A stretch of DNA of 63,311 bases, filler included, from Gemmatimonadota bacterium (GTDB lineage Bacteria; 4572-55; J002), in NCBI GenBank assembly GCA_003697105.1. It is 7 parts of 7 records of this genome, joined end to end, with 100 filler letters (N's around TTAATTAATTAA, not from the genome) between each part and the next. Parts side by side here need not be neighbours in the genome. Positions count along the whole stretch, not along the records: positions 44,065 to 53,163 come from RFFQ01000062.1; positions 53,264 to 58,233 come from RFFQ01000069.1; positions 58,334 to 63,311 come from RFFQ01000078.1; 4 more parts are not named here. One strand, 5' to 3'. Below the pieces are notes generated by a model. The model was not told the origin of the DNA. It made no database searches and saw only the letters and a program-made list of their open reading frames with translations. Below are positions 49,930 to 60,570 of the stretch, piece after piece. Position 1 is the first letter of the stretch. The number at the start of each line of letters is the position of its first letter. A program made the position numbers and the translations under genes.

Positions 49930-52900
49930 TTAAAATTCAGCACCAAGGCTAAATAAGTGTTTGGGGTCGGATTGGGAGGAAAAATCAGTTGTCCAGGCAA
50001 TGTCATACTTCAGGATAAAGGGCAGAACGACCATCCAACTGCGAAAACCCACACCCCAACTGGCTTTCAGGTCTCGCAACCGGAATCTCGAACCCTCACG
50101 TTCGGAGCCCCGCCATAAATCTTCGTTGTTCCACGCACTACCTATATCAAAAAAACCAACACCGCGAATCCCTTGAACCGCTAAACCGGGTAATGGAAAT
50201 GCCATCAACACCACATCCAAAAACGGAAATCGGAATTCCGTGTTCAATAACGCCACCCGACTCCCCCGCACCTCATCATAATTATATCCCCGTAACAGCC
50301 ACGGGCTCCCAATATAAAATTGGCGACGATCTTCACCATAACTGGCGCTTGTTAGAAAACGATAAGCAAAATTATAGCGTTGCCAGAACAAGTGATACCG
50401 GTGATAGAAGAACGTCACATTCGTATAATTCCAAGAACTTAACACCGAGGTATCTAAACTGATCCGCCATCGCGACCCGTTAACGGGACCCATGGACCCC
50501 CAAATCGTGTTATCCTTGACAAGAGAAATCCCCGGCGAGAGTATGGTTCGGCGTTCCACATCCCCAGAAGGGCGGTAGTAGCCATCCAAACCGCGTTCAA
50601 ACAATTCTTGCTCCAACCGCATTGTGGTAAACCCGGCTTCCAAGCGCCGAAACCGGTCAAACGGACGGCTCAATTTGCCGGTTATTCCGTACATACGTTC
50701 CGAAAATAACTGATTGGAGTCAAAAAACTCACCAAAGGTACTCACCCGACCATAGTAATAGCTTTTATAGTGAAACAGTTGCAAACTATAATCCACCCGG
50801 CGAGGTAGATACCAGTATGCTAAAAAAAGGTCTGAATCTTCCAGCGTATTACTAAGGCTGGACATTCCCATCCGAATTTGATGATTTCCGAGAACATCGC
50901 TTAATGCCACAGCAATTTGAGTCGCCCAGCCATACTCGGTATCATAACCACCTCCGGCGGTAATGTAATCCGGCTCAAAACGGAGCTTGTACTTTTTTGA
51001 ACGGAGATTGATCTCACCTTGCGTTAAAAGGGTCTCAGAAGAGTCTGTAGGGGTGGGTTTCAGGTAAACCGGTTTTAACGGCTCCAAAGGGAACGGCATC
51101 TTGGAAGTGGACATGTCTTTTTCGTCCCGCTCACCGGTAGAAGATGAAACAAACGAATCAACCGTATCAACCTCAACCCGATCGCGGTCAGAAGAGATGG
51201 ATTGCAAAGAGTCACGATCAGCCACCTGCAAACTATCGGCATCCATTTCAAGCAAATGTTCCGGGTCATTCACCAGAAACACATCCCAACCGGCATAGCG
51301 AAATCCGGCAAACGCCAACCGTTTCCCATCAGATGACCATGTCGGCATAGCGACCCCAGTGGCAACGTTTGTCATCGCTTCAATGGTGTTCTCCGCAAAA
51401 TTCAATCGATAAAGATTTGGAACCCCATTTTGATCGGAAACAAAAACCAGCCCTTCGCCGTGAGGTAACCATTCTGGATGTTCTTCTTTAGAGGGCAGAT
51501 CGACCACACGCTGGATGCTGTAGTCCTTCATATTCATCGTAAAAATATCATATTGACCGACATCAGAGCGTTGTTCCGTCGAAGGATGATCGGAAGAAAA
51601 GGCAATTTGCGAACCATCCGGCGACCATGAGGGCCAATTATCGTCCCACATATCATGGGTCAATCGTTGAAGATTGGCACGCAGATCGGCTTCCGAAACC
51701 TCACCGCGCAAGTACAAATCCACATCCCTCACCACATACAAATCTGAATATCCATTTTTCAGACCCACAAATACAATTTGGGAGCCATCCGGAGACCAAT
51801 CTGGAGAATATAACCCATCCAGATCAAACTTTAACAGATAGTGTTTGTCGCCATTTTTGACCGTTACGATGTGCAACCCATCTTGATCACCCGCTTTGGC
51901 AGCAAACGCCAGATATCTGCTATCCGGTGACCACGTCAGTTTATTCCGGTCGGTGTGAAGATGTTCAAAATGCCCTGTCCGCTCGCCGGTTACCAAACTT
52001 TTATCAATAATTTTCCCATTGATGGCAGACATCAGAATAATCCGGCTATACTGATTCCAACTTCCCGATTGCACAAACGCAATTTTATCCCCTTCTGGGG
52101 AGAGTGACGGCGCAATGTTGATAAAAAATGTCCGGTCTTCTTCATGCTTTGTCATCTCTTTGGCGATTTCATGGGGCATATCCCGGTCAACGAGTACGGG
52201 CCAATACCGCCGTTGCAACCAAAGTTCCCACTCATTCGTTAGTTCTTTTTTATCCACCCCAAACACCGCTTCCAAAGTGCGGTCAAAATTGCGAAATTTC
52301 CGCAAACTATGGACAAGCTCAATCACCTTTTCACGCCCATAACGCTCTTCCATAAACTCAAAAATGGACTGTCCCTCTTTATAAATGATGAAACCGTTCG
52401 CATATTCCAATTGGGGTATTGGGATTAAATAATCTGAAATGACGGCATCCCGCATAAACATATCATCACTGTTATCCCATGTTTTGGAGAAATACTCCGC
52501 CATACCTTCCATCACCCAGAGAGGCAACGGAAACACATATGCCCGCCCCACCACAGAATCTAGCAAACTTCCGTAAATGAGGTCAAATTGGAATACGTGC
52601 ACCAATTCATGCGTCAATACATGCTCAAACTCCGCGTATGAACCGGTAAAGGGGATCACCACTCGCGTGCGGAATACTGTCGTGAACGCCCCCACACCTT
52701 CTTCAATCATTTCCAGCGAGACGTTCGTCTGTTTGAAATCATTGTGCGAATCATACAGAATAATCGGCGTACGGCGGGAAAGTTTGTGCTCCATTTTTTT
52801 ACTCAGACGGTGGTAAGCATCCTCCGCCATTTCGGCGGTTCTTTGCGCCAATTCTTCCGAGCCGGGATAATAAAAAATATCAAAATTTTCGGTTTTAAGG

Positions 52901-53010
52901 ATATACCAATCAAATGTTTTGTATTGAACTTTATTCTGACCATAACCCTGTGCCCACACTGGAGTGGTGGCAGTGAACACCCACAAAAAGATGAAAACGT
53001 ACCGAACCAT
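49930..53010 (-). CDS. Outer-membrane protein: zincin metallopeptidase + PD40 beta-propeller + Omp85-type barrel
   Basis: Signal peptide; THELVH...WVMEGMAEY; repeated PxWSPDG; LRGY and terminal Phe (SLGAEF). Confidence 0.82.
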   Translation of the reverse strand: MVRYVFIFLWVFTATTPVWAQGYGQNKVQYKTFDWYILKTENFDIFYYPGSEELAQRTAEMAEDAYHRLSKKMEHKLSRRTPIILYDSHNDFKQTNVSLEMIEEGVGAFTTVFRTRVVIPFTGSYAEFEHVLTHELVHVFQFDLIYGSLLDSVVGRAYVFPLPLWVMEGMAEYFSKTWDNSDDMFMRDAVISDYLIPIPQLEYANGFIIYKEGQSIFEFMEERYGREKVIELVHSLRKFRNFDRTLEAVFGVDKKELTNEWELWLQRRYWPVLVDRDMPHEIAKEMTKHEEDRTFFINIAPSLSPEGDKIAFVQSGSWNQYSRIILMSAINGKIIDKSLVTGERTGHFEHLHTDRNKLTWSPDSRYLAFAAKAGDQDGLHIVTVKNGDKHYLLKFDLDGLYSPDWSPDGSQIVFVGLKNGYSDLYVVRDVDLYLRGEVSEADLRANLQRLTHDMWDDNWPSWSPDGSQIAFSSDHPSTEQRSDVGQYDIFTMNMKDYSIQRVVDLPSKEEHPEWLPHGEGLVFVSDQNGVPNLYRLNFAENTIEAMTNVATGVAMPTWSSDGKRLAFAGFRYAGWDVFLVNDPEHLLEMDADSLQVADRDSLQSISSDRDRVEVDTVDSFVSSSTGERDEKDMSTSKMPFPLEPLKPVYLKPTPTDSSETLLTQGEINLRSKKYKLRFEPDYITAGGGYDTEYGWATQIAVALSDVLGNHQIRMGMSSLSNTLEDSDLFLAYWYLPRRVDYSLQLFHYKSYYYGRVSTFGEFFDSNQLFSERMYGITGKLSRPFDRFRRLEAGFTTMRLEQELFERGLDGYYRPSGDVERRTILSPGISLVKDNTIWGSMGPVNGSRWRISLDTSVLSSWNYTNVTFFYHRYHLFWQRYNFAYRFLTSASYGEDRRQFYIGSPWLLRGYNYDEVRGSRVALLNTEFRFPFLDVVLMAFPLPGLAVQGIRGVGFFDIGSAWNNEDLWRGSEREGSRFRLRDLKASWGVGFRSWMVVLPFILKYDIAWTTDFSSQSDPKHLFSLGAEF

Positions 53011-53066
53011 GAAGTATCTCCTTGTATATTATGTTTTTGAATAGGGTAAAGGTCTGGCATATTTTA

Positions 53067-53163
53067 ACCCAAGTTGCTACCAAAGAAAGTCTTGAAATAG
53101 GCCACTCCTTTCATGTAGACTTATCATATCTATATCTTATTGATAACTCTAACGTCTAACGAA
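53067..53163 (+). mobile_element. IS982-family left end, copy 3
   Basis: Identical 97-bp segment; preceded by TATTTTA. Confidence 0.85.
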
Positions 53164-53263
53164 NNNNNNNNNNNNNNNNNNNNNNNNNNNNNNNNNNNNN
53201 NNNNNNNTTAATTAATTAANNNNNNNNNNNNNNNNNNNNNNNNNNNNNNNNNNNNNNNNNNNN
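53164..53263. other. Artificial contig linker
   Basis: N-run with TTAATTAATTAA. Confidence 0.98.
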
Positions 53264-53388
53264 CTGCAATTGGTTTGATTAGCCCTGTTCTCATTAAGTA
53301 TCGGTTTACTATTATTTGGGTTCTTCTGTTTGCGTCCACTAATTTTTTAGTTACTAAAGCTCTGCATCGCTATGAACTTGCGACGTAA
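53264..53388 (+). CDS. C-terminus of a membrane protein (possibly O-antigen polymerase/ligase), 5'-truncated
   Basis: AIGLISPVLIKYRFTIIWVLLFASTNFLVTKALHRYELAT*, overlapping the flippase start. Confidence 0.4.
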
Positions 53389-54823
53389 AACAATTTCAAG
53401 CCTCATTTGGGCTTTTTTTTTCACCTTTGTAGGGCGATCAGGCAATTTTATCACCACACTGGTTTTAGCAAAATTACTAACGACAGACGTTTTTGGTATC
53501 ATCGCACTATGTATGCTCTTTTTGGAGGTACTTTCACTTTTTCGGGATGCGGGTTATTCTCAAGCATTGATTCATTGGCAAGGTGAGCTGAAAAGCGCTG
53601 CCGGTGTCGCTCTATTTATAATGATGATTATCGGTAGCATTCTTTTTGGTATCGGTTACATTTTAGCACCATTTTTCGCCGCATTTTTCCGAACCCCTGA
53701 GATAATTACCGCATTTCGGGTATTATCCTTGAATTTGATCATCACATCGGCGGGGATGATTCCCGCCGCTTTACTGGAAAAAGAACTTTTATTTCAGAAA
53801 AAAGTCTATGCCGAGACCATCCCTGTGTTTGTTTATGCCATCGTTGCGATTGGATTGGCGTGGCTCGGTTGGGATGTGTGGAGTATCGTTTATGCCGCCG
53901 TCATCAAGGAACTGCTTCAAACCACGTTACTTTGGATCTCCTTAACATGGAAACCCGTTCCTAAGTTTGACCTGAAACTAGCCGTTGAACTTTTCCGATT
54001 TGGAAAATTTGTTATGGGTAGCGGATTTACCATTTTTTTATTTCATAACATCGATTATATGGTTATCGGTCGGTTGTTGGGCAACCATGCCTTGGGTGTT
54101 TATACGTTTGGGTATCGATTGGCGAATTTTCCAGCACTCAATATCACTTCAGTGGTTGGCAAAGTGATGTTTCCGGCGTATGCTCAACTCCAAAATGATC
54201 GACTGGCATTACTACGTTCCTATTTGAAAGTCGTACTTTGGGTTTCTATCCTTGCCTTCCCTTTATCATGGGGATTGATGGTATTTGGTCATTCTTTTTT
54301 AACTGTTTTTTATGGGGATAAATGGCTGGAAGCTGTACCGGTATTACAGGTATTAGCCTTTTATGGGCTATTTCGGAGCTTTGGAATGACCACCGGTAGT
54401 ATTTATATGGCGATTGGCAAACCTCATTGGTTATTGCGGATTTCTATCTTACAACTTATGGTTATGTTTATACTGATTTACCCGTTGATTATATCCTATG
54501 GGATTACTGGTGTCGCTATTGCGGGTACGGTAGCAATGGGGTTCGGAATTATTATGGCGGTTTATGTTGCCGGACGGCTGATCGACATTTCGTTTAAGGC
54601 GTATGGACAACGGGTACTTTTGCCGGCGGTTCTGTCGCTAAGCTTGGTACTTGCCAGTTATTACGGATTTGCTTTTGTTAGTCCCCATTCCGGAATGTTA
54701 CTGTTCATAGAGCAAATTGTATTTTGCCTGATAAGCTATCCGGTTATCCTTTATATAATTAATCCGTTTGACTTAACAACAGATGTTATCTCAATCTTCC
54801 AATTACGTGGGTTAACTCAATGA
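53372..54823 (+). CDS. wzx: Wzx-type polysaccharide flippase
   Basis: LAKLL..FG, DAGYSQALI, IDYMVIGRLLG..ALGVY and VMFPAYA. Confidence 0.88.
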   Translation: MNLRRKTISSLIWAFFFTFVGRSGNFITTLVLAKLLTTDVFGIIALCMLFLEVLSLFRDAGYSQALIHWQGELKSAAGVALFIMMIIGSILFGIGYILAPFFAAFFRTPEIITAFRVLSLNLIITSAGMIPAALLEKELLFQKKVYAETIPVFVYAIVAIGLAWLGWDVWSIVYAAVIKELLQTTLLWISLTWKPVPKFDLKLAVELFRFGKFVMGSGFTIFLFHNIDYMVIGRLLGNHALGVYTFGYRLANFPALNITSVVGKVMFPAYAQLQNDRLALLRSYLKVVLWVSILAFPLSWGLMVFGHSFLTVFYGDKWLEAVPVLQVLAFYGLFRSFGMTTGSIYMAIGKPHWLLRISILQLMVMFILIYPLIISYGITGVAIAGTVAMGFGIIMAVYVAGRLIDISFKAYGQRVLLPAVLSLSLVLASYYGFAFVSPHSGMLLFIEQIVFCLISYPVILYIINPFDLTTDVISIFQLRGLTQ

Positions 54824-55788
54824 ATCCACCCGTTGATTTGTCTATCATAATCGTGAATTATAATACGTGTGATTTACTTCGGGAGTGCTTATCTTCGATT
54901 TATGAGAATACGGGTACGTTGGCCATGGAGGTATTTGTCGTAGATAATGCCTCCGAAGATGGTAGTTCATCAATGGTCAAAACCGATTTTCCACAGGTGG
55001 TTTTAATTGAAAATTCTAAAAATGTTGGTTTTGCCAAAGCCAATAATCAGGCAATCCGAAGGAGTCAAGGGAGATTTGTACTGCTGCTGAATTCGGATAC
55101 CATTGTGGTAGGTGATGCCTTACCAAAAATGGTTCGGTTTTTAGCTGAAACGCCGCAAGCAGGCGTGGTGGGTTGTAAATTACTCAATAGCGACCTGACC
55201 ATACAACATACCATCAAGCATTTTCCGACGCTAGTGAATACGGTGTCTCGATATTTTTACCTGAGTCGCTTGTTTCCGTTTTCCAGAATGAAAATGTTTA
55301 TCGGCACCATCGAAACGGATTCATACTATGAAGACATCCATCGGGTGGAATTTTTACTTGGGGCATGTCTGATGGTCAAGCATCAGGTTATTGAGGATGT
55401 CGGGCTATTAGACGAAGATTTTTTCCTTTACGGGGAAGAAACTGACTGGTGCTATCGGATTAAAAAAGCCGGTTGGGAGATTTTTTATTATCCTCATGCC
55501 CAGATTATCCACCACCGGGGGCAATCTGTTAAAGCAACTCAAAAAGAACGCTGGTGGGTCATTTCCCGTCATTTAAAGGCAGAATATCAGTTTATCGCTA
55601 AACATCATTCTGCACTATACACCGGGTGTTATACCTTTATTATTTCACTAAAATATGGCATAGCTTATCTCAAAAACATGATTTTAGCCCGTATATTCTC
55701 GTCACAGCACCGGCAGTATTATGATTTAATGCAAGATTACCGGGTGTTTTTGGGGTGGTTATTTTCTACTCACATTAAATGGGGGTAA
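54820..55788 (+). CDS. GT2-family glycosyltransferase (WbbL-like)
   Basis: SIIIVNYN, VVDNASED, NVGFAKANN, LLNSD and DEDFFLYGEETDWCYR. Confidence 0.9.
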   Translation: MNPPVDLSIIIVNYNTCDLLRECLSSIYENTGTLAMEVFVVDNASEDGSSSMVKTDFPQVVLIENSKNVGFAKANNQAIRRSQGRFVLLLNSDTIVVGDALPKMVRFLAETPQAGVVGCKLLNSDLTIQHTIKHFPTLVNTVSRYFYLSRLFPFSRMKMFIGTIETDSYYEDIHRVEFLLGACLMVKHQVIEDVGLLDEDFFLYGEETDWCYRIKKAGWEIFYYPHAQIIHHRGQSVKATQKERWWVISRHLKAEYQFIAKHHSALYTGCYTFIISLKYGIAYLKNMILARIFSSQHRQYYDLMQDYRVFLGWLFSTHIKWG

Positions 55789-56923
55789 ATGATGAGATTT
55801 TGTTTTATGACACTAACTTGTATGATTACGCTCGGAGGATTTTTGGGTTGTGAAGATGATACGTCGTCCCCCCCGCAAGATTGTTCGGTTAACTCCGGTT
55901 GAACTTTCGGGAGAAATAGCGAAATGGTACAATAATCATACGGCGGCAATTTCGCTGACATATGACATCGGTGCTCCAGACACCCAATTAGATCGGGATG
56001 TTCAGCAAGCCGTTTTAGAGCGAGGACTTCATCTGGATTATGAGTTAGTCACTTACAATATCTGGCAAGAAAAAGCGGAATATATCTCTGAGGTGATGAT
56101 TCCGAACGGTTTTCAGTTTTTTGGTCATGGACATTGGCACATTAACCATGATCAACTGTCGTATGAGCGGTCAAAAGAGTCATTTCAACTTTGTTACGGT
56201 GCAATGACCGGTTTGGGGATAACGCCTGTTGCCTATGCCTATCCGGGAGGACATGGACGAACACAGTCAACTCATCAGGCATTAGCGGATGCCGGTTTTT
56301 TGTCAGGGCGAATGTTCGAAGCAAGTGATAGCCGCAATAATCCATATATTATGTCGAATGAGGAAACTGAACCGGAAAACTGGTTTGCTTTACCTTCTCT
56401 GGTAATGATGTCTTCCGATTTTTCGGAAAATCCGGACGTCATCCATGATACTGCTGAGTTAATCCCGTTTTTAGAAGGTGCTATCAAGCGGCGAGCTTGG
56501 TTGATTACGACCTATCATGCCATCGGCAATCCGGAAGGCTGAGGTTATTATCATTTTGATGATTTTCTGGGGGATTTAGACGCCGTGATGGAATATGATT
56601 TTTGGGTGGCATCCATGAATGATGTTACACTTTATACCCGTGAGCGAAATGCCGCTGAGTTAAGTATTACTGCATTTGAAGATACTGACGGTAACACCCA
56701 CTACATCGAAATTCTGCTATTGGACCGATTGCCAGACACATTGTATAACCACCCTTTGACACTCATGTTTGATTTGCCCCTAAGCTGGGTAGCAAAATCA
56801 TCAAGTTTGTATCGGGGAGATACCCGTATTGGACAATATTACCATGAGAGTTTATCATCATTCCACCTTTCTATTCCACCGGATGGAATTGTTTATCGAC
56901 TTGTTTTGGATGAGGATATGTAA
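55789..56923 (+). pseudogene. Lipoprotein polysaccharide deacetylase interrupted by a C7 frameshift and an in-frame TGA
   Basis: ATG 55789 encodes a lipobox (FLGC) signal; a +1 shift at C7 (55868-55874) joins AISLTYD...GHGHWH...YAYPGG...TTYHAI; TGA at 56540-56542 is read through in frame to TAA 56923. Confidence 0.75.
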
Positions 56924-56926
56924 TTT

Positions 56927-58087
56927 TTGAGGAAGATTTTGTATTTGCAAACGGAGTCCATCTTGGGTGGAGCAGAGGTTAGTCTTTTATCGCTGATTAA
57001 ATATCTTGATAAAGATCAATTTCACCCCGTAGTGGTTTGCCCTAAAGGGGGCGATTTTGAACGTGCTCTTCAACAATCGGGAATTTGTTACCGGACTATA
57101 TCCTCGCAAACGATAAAACAAGCTGGTTTTTGGTGGGGAAAAATGCGTTTATATAATCCGGTCGTATTACTGGAAAACGCAATTGGTACGCTGCCTATCC
57201 TATTTGAGCTAAAAAAAATTGTTCGTATTGAGTCCATTGAACTGATACATGTAAATACGTTGAAGGGTGTTTTTTATGGAGCATTGATTTCGTGGATATG
57301 TCGTATTCCAATGATTTGGCATATGCGCGATTATTTTACGTGGTATTCACCTTTACAAAAATGTCTATTTCGATTTTATGGCTTCTTTTCGACACGAATC
57401 ATTGTTAATTCAAAACAAGCGATGCAGTATTTGATGAAGTTACCACTTTCATCCTCAAAAATGGTGTGCATTTACAATGGTGTAGACCTTTCTCGGTTTG
57501 AAAGGATAAAACCCCGATCCAAAAATAGAAACGCACCGGTCTTGGGAGCAATGGGGCGTCTTGTACCCCATAAAGGGTTTCATTTCATCATTGAAGCAAT
57601 GCCCCGTATTCTGGAGGTATTTCCGATGGCGACGTTGATCATTGCCGGAGAAGACCCCACCCCAGACCATACTTATTACAATGACTTAATATCACGTGTC
57701 AACCGGCTAAGGTTAGCTTCTCATGTTCGTTTTGAGGGGTTTGTCAATAACCCTATAACCCTCTATCAACAAATCGACCTTTTTGTGCATACACCCTTGA
57801 ATGAGCCGTTTGGGCGGGTTATTATTGAGGCGATGGCGGCAAAAGTTCCAGTGGTTGCCTCAAATGTTGGCGGTATTCCCGAAATTATTACAGAGGGTCT
57901 AAATGGTATGTTAGTACCGGCTGGAAATCCCGATAGCCTTGCTGAAACGGTAATTACTCTTCTTCAATCTAAGGATATTCAATCGAAATTAATTCAAAAT
58001 GCGTGTCAGACTATCCAACAACAATTTACGATTCAAGCCCATGTTTCGCAGGTGCAACACCTCTATTTCCAGATGTTGAACGCATAA
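56927..58087 (+). CDS. GT4-family glycosyltransferase
   Basis: LGGAEVSL, GRLVPHKG and EPFGRVIIEAMAAKVPVVASNVGGIPE. Confidence 0.9.
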   Translation: MRKILYLQTESILGGAEVSLLSLIKYLDKDQFHPVVVCPKGGDFERALQQSGICYRTISSQTIKQAGFWWGKMRLYNPVVLLENAIGTLPILFELKKIVRIESIELIHVNTLKGVFYGALISWICRIPMIWHMRDYFTWYSPLQKCLFRFYGFFSTRIIVNSKQAMQYLMKLPLSSSKMVCIYNGVDLSRFERIKPRSKNRNAPVLGAMGRLVPHKGFHFIIEAMPRILEVFPMATLIIAGEDPTPDHTYYNDLISRVNRLRLASHVRFEGFVNNPITLYQQIDLFVHTPLNEPFGRVIIEAMAAKVPVVASNVGGIPEIITEGLNGMLVPAGNPDSLAETVITLLQSKDIQSKLIQNACQTIQQQFTIQAHVSQVQHLYFQMLNA

Positions 58088-58233
58088 TTTTCCACGGTTA
58101 TAAAGGCAAAATAGTTTGATTTGATAAAATGAAAGTAACTACACAGCCTGCTCAGCTGTAAAGGTAAGTGTCAATGTTTCGAGAATATTTTGCTTTCGTT
58201 TTTTGAGCGTCGAAATGTATCCTCGAATTCGAC

Positions 58234-58333
58234 NNNNNNNNNNNNNNNNNNNNNNNNNNNNNNNNNNNNNNNNNNNNTTAATTAATTAANNNNNNNNNNN
58301 NNNNNNNNNNNNNNNNNNNNNNNNNNNNNNNNN
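58234..58333. other. Artificial contig linker
   Basis: N-run with TTAATTAATTAA. Confidence 0.98.
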
Positions 58334-60400
58334 AAATTTACCGAAGATTTTGAGTATCCCACGATGGAGATGTGGCGGGAGGCGGTTGTTCAATCGCTCA
58401 AAGGGCTTCCCTTTGAAAAACTCCTGACCAAAACGTATGAAAATATCACGATTCAGCCCATGTACTCCCAAGAGGTTATGGCAACGCTCCCCCACACCGC
58501 TAGCATCCCCGGTAGCGGGGGGTATGTGCGGGGAACACACCCGTTGGGCTATCTCCAAAAATTATGGCATGTGAGCCAAGAATTACCGTATGCCGCACCG
58601 GCGGAGGTAAATTCTGCTGCCAAACATGATCTGCAACGAGGGCAAACCGAACTCCATATTGTGCTAGATGCCGCCACGCGTGCCGGAAAGGATGCCGACC
58701 GTGCCCCGACGGATCAGGTGGGTCGGGGGGGAACATCTATTTCGTGTTTACCCGATGTGACAACGTTGCTCGATCACATCGATCTACCTGCAACGTCGAT
58801 TTTTGTTCAAGCGGGTACCCAAGGCTTACCCCTATTAGCCCTCTTTGCGGCGTATTTGAAGGAGCATAACGTGCCCCGAGACACCATGCAAGGGTGCATC
58901 GGCAGTGACCCGCTGGGTGTATTGGTACAAGAGGGTGAATTGGCTCACCTTACCTCATGGTACGACCAGTTAGCCGTTACGACGCGGTGGGCTACCCAAC
59001 ATGCGCCACGGCTGCAGACGATTCTGGTGCAAGGTAACCCGTATCGGGAAGCCGGGGGTAGTGCGGTGCAGGAACTGGCATTTACCCTCGCGACCGGCGT
59101 GGCGTATATCCGCGAATTGCAACACCGGGGATTATCAATTGATGAGATTGCCCCCCGGATGCGGTTCTCCTTCGCTATTGGCTCGGATTTCTTCATGGAA
59201 GTGGCAAAGTTTCGCACGGCACGGTTGCTATGGGCACAGATTGTCAACGCCTTTGGGGGGAGCGAAGACGCGCAAAAAATGGCAATCCATGCCCGGACAT
59301 GCCGTTGGAACAAAACGGTGTTCGACCCTTACGTGAACATGCTCCGCGTTACGGTGGAAGCACTTGCCGCCGTTCTGGGGGGATGTGATAGTTTGCATAT
59401 TAGTCCCTTTGATGAAATTATTCGCCATCCCGATGAATTTTCCCGCCGGATCGCCCGCAATGTACATATCATTTTGCGGGAGGAATCCAATTTATATCGA
59501 CTGGTTGATCCGGCGGGGGGTTCGTGGTATGTGGAGCAGCTTACCGGTGAGGTGGGACAACAGGCATGGCGGCTCTTCCAACAGATTGAGTCCGAAGGGG
59601 GTATGCTTAATGCCTTAAAAGCGGGTATCCCCCAACGTCAGGTTCAGGCGGTGGCGAATCAGCGCCGGAAACATCTTTCCACCCGGAAAGACCGGATTGT
59701 CGGGACAAACATGTACCCCAATCTCGTGGAAAAGAAGGTTGAGCGGCGTCCCTTTGACCATCAAGCCTTTCAGGCACTGCGCCGGGAACAGCTTACCACC
59801 GTGCGGAAAACCGCTGCTCCAGACCGCTGGATTCAATTTGACCCGAATCGTCCTATTGAAACAGGAATGGAGGCTGTCCGAAACGGGGCAACCCTCGGTG
59901 AATTTGGGACACACCTGACCGCTGGCGGGGAATCGATTACCATTACGCCACTTGGGATTCATCGCGGTGCTGAATTTTATGAAGAACTGCGGCAAAAAGT
60001 GGAAGCGATGCCCGAACGTCCAACGGTGATTTTGCTCAAAATGGGAGCGGTCAAATACCATAAGGCGCGTGCCGATTTTTCACGCGGCTTTTTTGAGGTC
60101 GGCGCCTTTACGGTGATGGATGAACACGTCTTTGACTCTCCAGAAGCCGCCGCTTCCGCGGCTGTGACTTCAGGGGCACATATCGCGGTTATTTGCTCTA
60201 CGGATGATCAGTATCCAGAACTCGTACCGCCCATCGCCCAGTCTATTAAGGCGGAAAAACCGGAGATGCACGTGATCTTGGCAGGCTATCCCAAAGACCA
60301 GATCGAGACGTACAACGCCGCCGGAGTGGATGAATTTATCCATGTGAAGGCTAATGTTTACGAGATTTTGAGCCATCTCGTTCAGACTATCGCCCGCTAA
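58334..60400 (+). CDS. mutA: Methylmalonyl-CoA mutase small (non-catalytic) subunit, slightly 5'-truncated
   Basis: DFFMEVAKFRTAR, DPYVNMLR, RRIARN, DPAGGSWYVE and ICSTDDQY; lacks DxHxxG. Confidence 0.88.
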   Translation, partial: KFTEDFEYPTMEMWREAVVQSLKGLPFEKLLTKTYENITIQPMYSQEVMATLPHTASIPGSGGYVRGTHPLGYLQKLWHVSQELPYAAPAEVNSAAKHDLQRGQTELHIVLDAATRAGKDADRAPTDQVGRGGTSISCLPDVTTLLDHIDLPATSIFVQAGTQGLPLLALFAAYLKEHNVPRDTMQGCIGSDPLGVLVQEGELAHLTSWYDQLAVTTRWATQHAPRLQTILVQGNPYREAGGSAVQELAFTLATGVAYIRELQHRGLSIDEIAPRMRFSFAIGSDFFMEVAKFRTARLLWAQIVNAFGGSEDAQKMAIHARTCRWNKTVFDPYVNMLRVTVEALAAVLGGCDSLHISPFDEIIRHPDEFSRRIARNVHIILREESNLYRLVDPAGGSWYVEQLTGEVGQQAWRLFQQIESEGGMLNALKAGIPQRQVQAVANQRRKHLSTRKDRIVGTNMYPNLVEKKVERRPFDHQAFQALRREQLTTVRKTAAPDRWIQFDPNRPIETGMEAVRNGATLGEFGTHLTAGGESITITPLGIHRGAEFYEELRQKVEAMPERPTVILLKMGAVKYHKARADFSRGFFEVGAFTVMDEHVFDSPEAAASAAVTSGAHIAVICSTDDQYPELVPPIAQSIKAEKPEMHVILAGYPKDQIETYNAAGVDEFIHVKANVYEILSHLVQTIAR

Positions 60401-60570
60401 AGGCGGGGGAATGACGCCATCATTGAAAAACGGCATCTGTGCCGGCTCATCGATCCGAAAATCGGTTTTGCAACGGGAGTACTTCCTGATATTTTTTACA
60501 TATTTATTTTATAAATTAAAATTTTACATAGATAAACCTGTAGGGTTTTTAAGCCATAAGGAGCAACTCG

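Noticed and set aside
56540-56542. Genome-wide UGA recoding (Trp/Sec)
   Set aside because: Many conserved genes here end at TGA (rpsB, fabG, neuC), Trp is TGG elsewhere, and the same gene has a second lesion.
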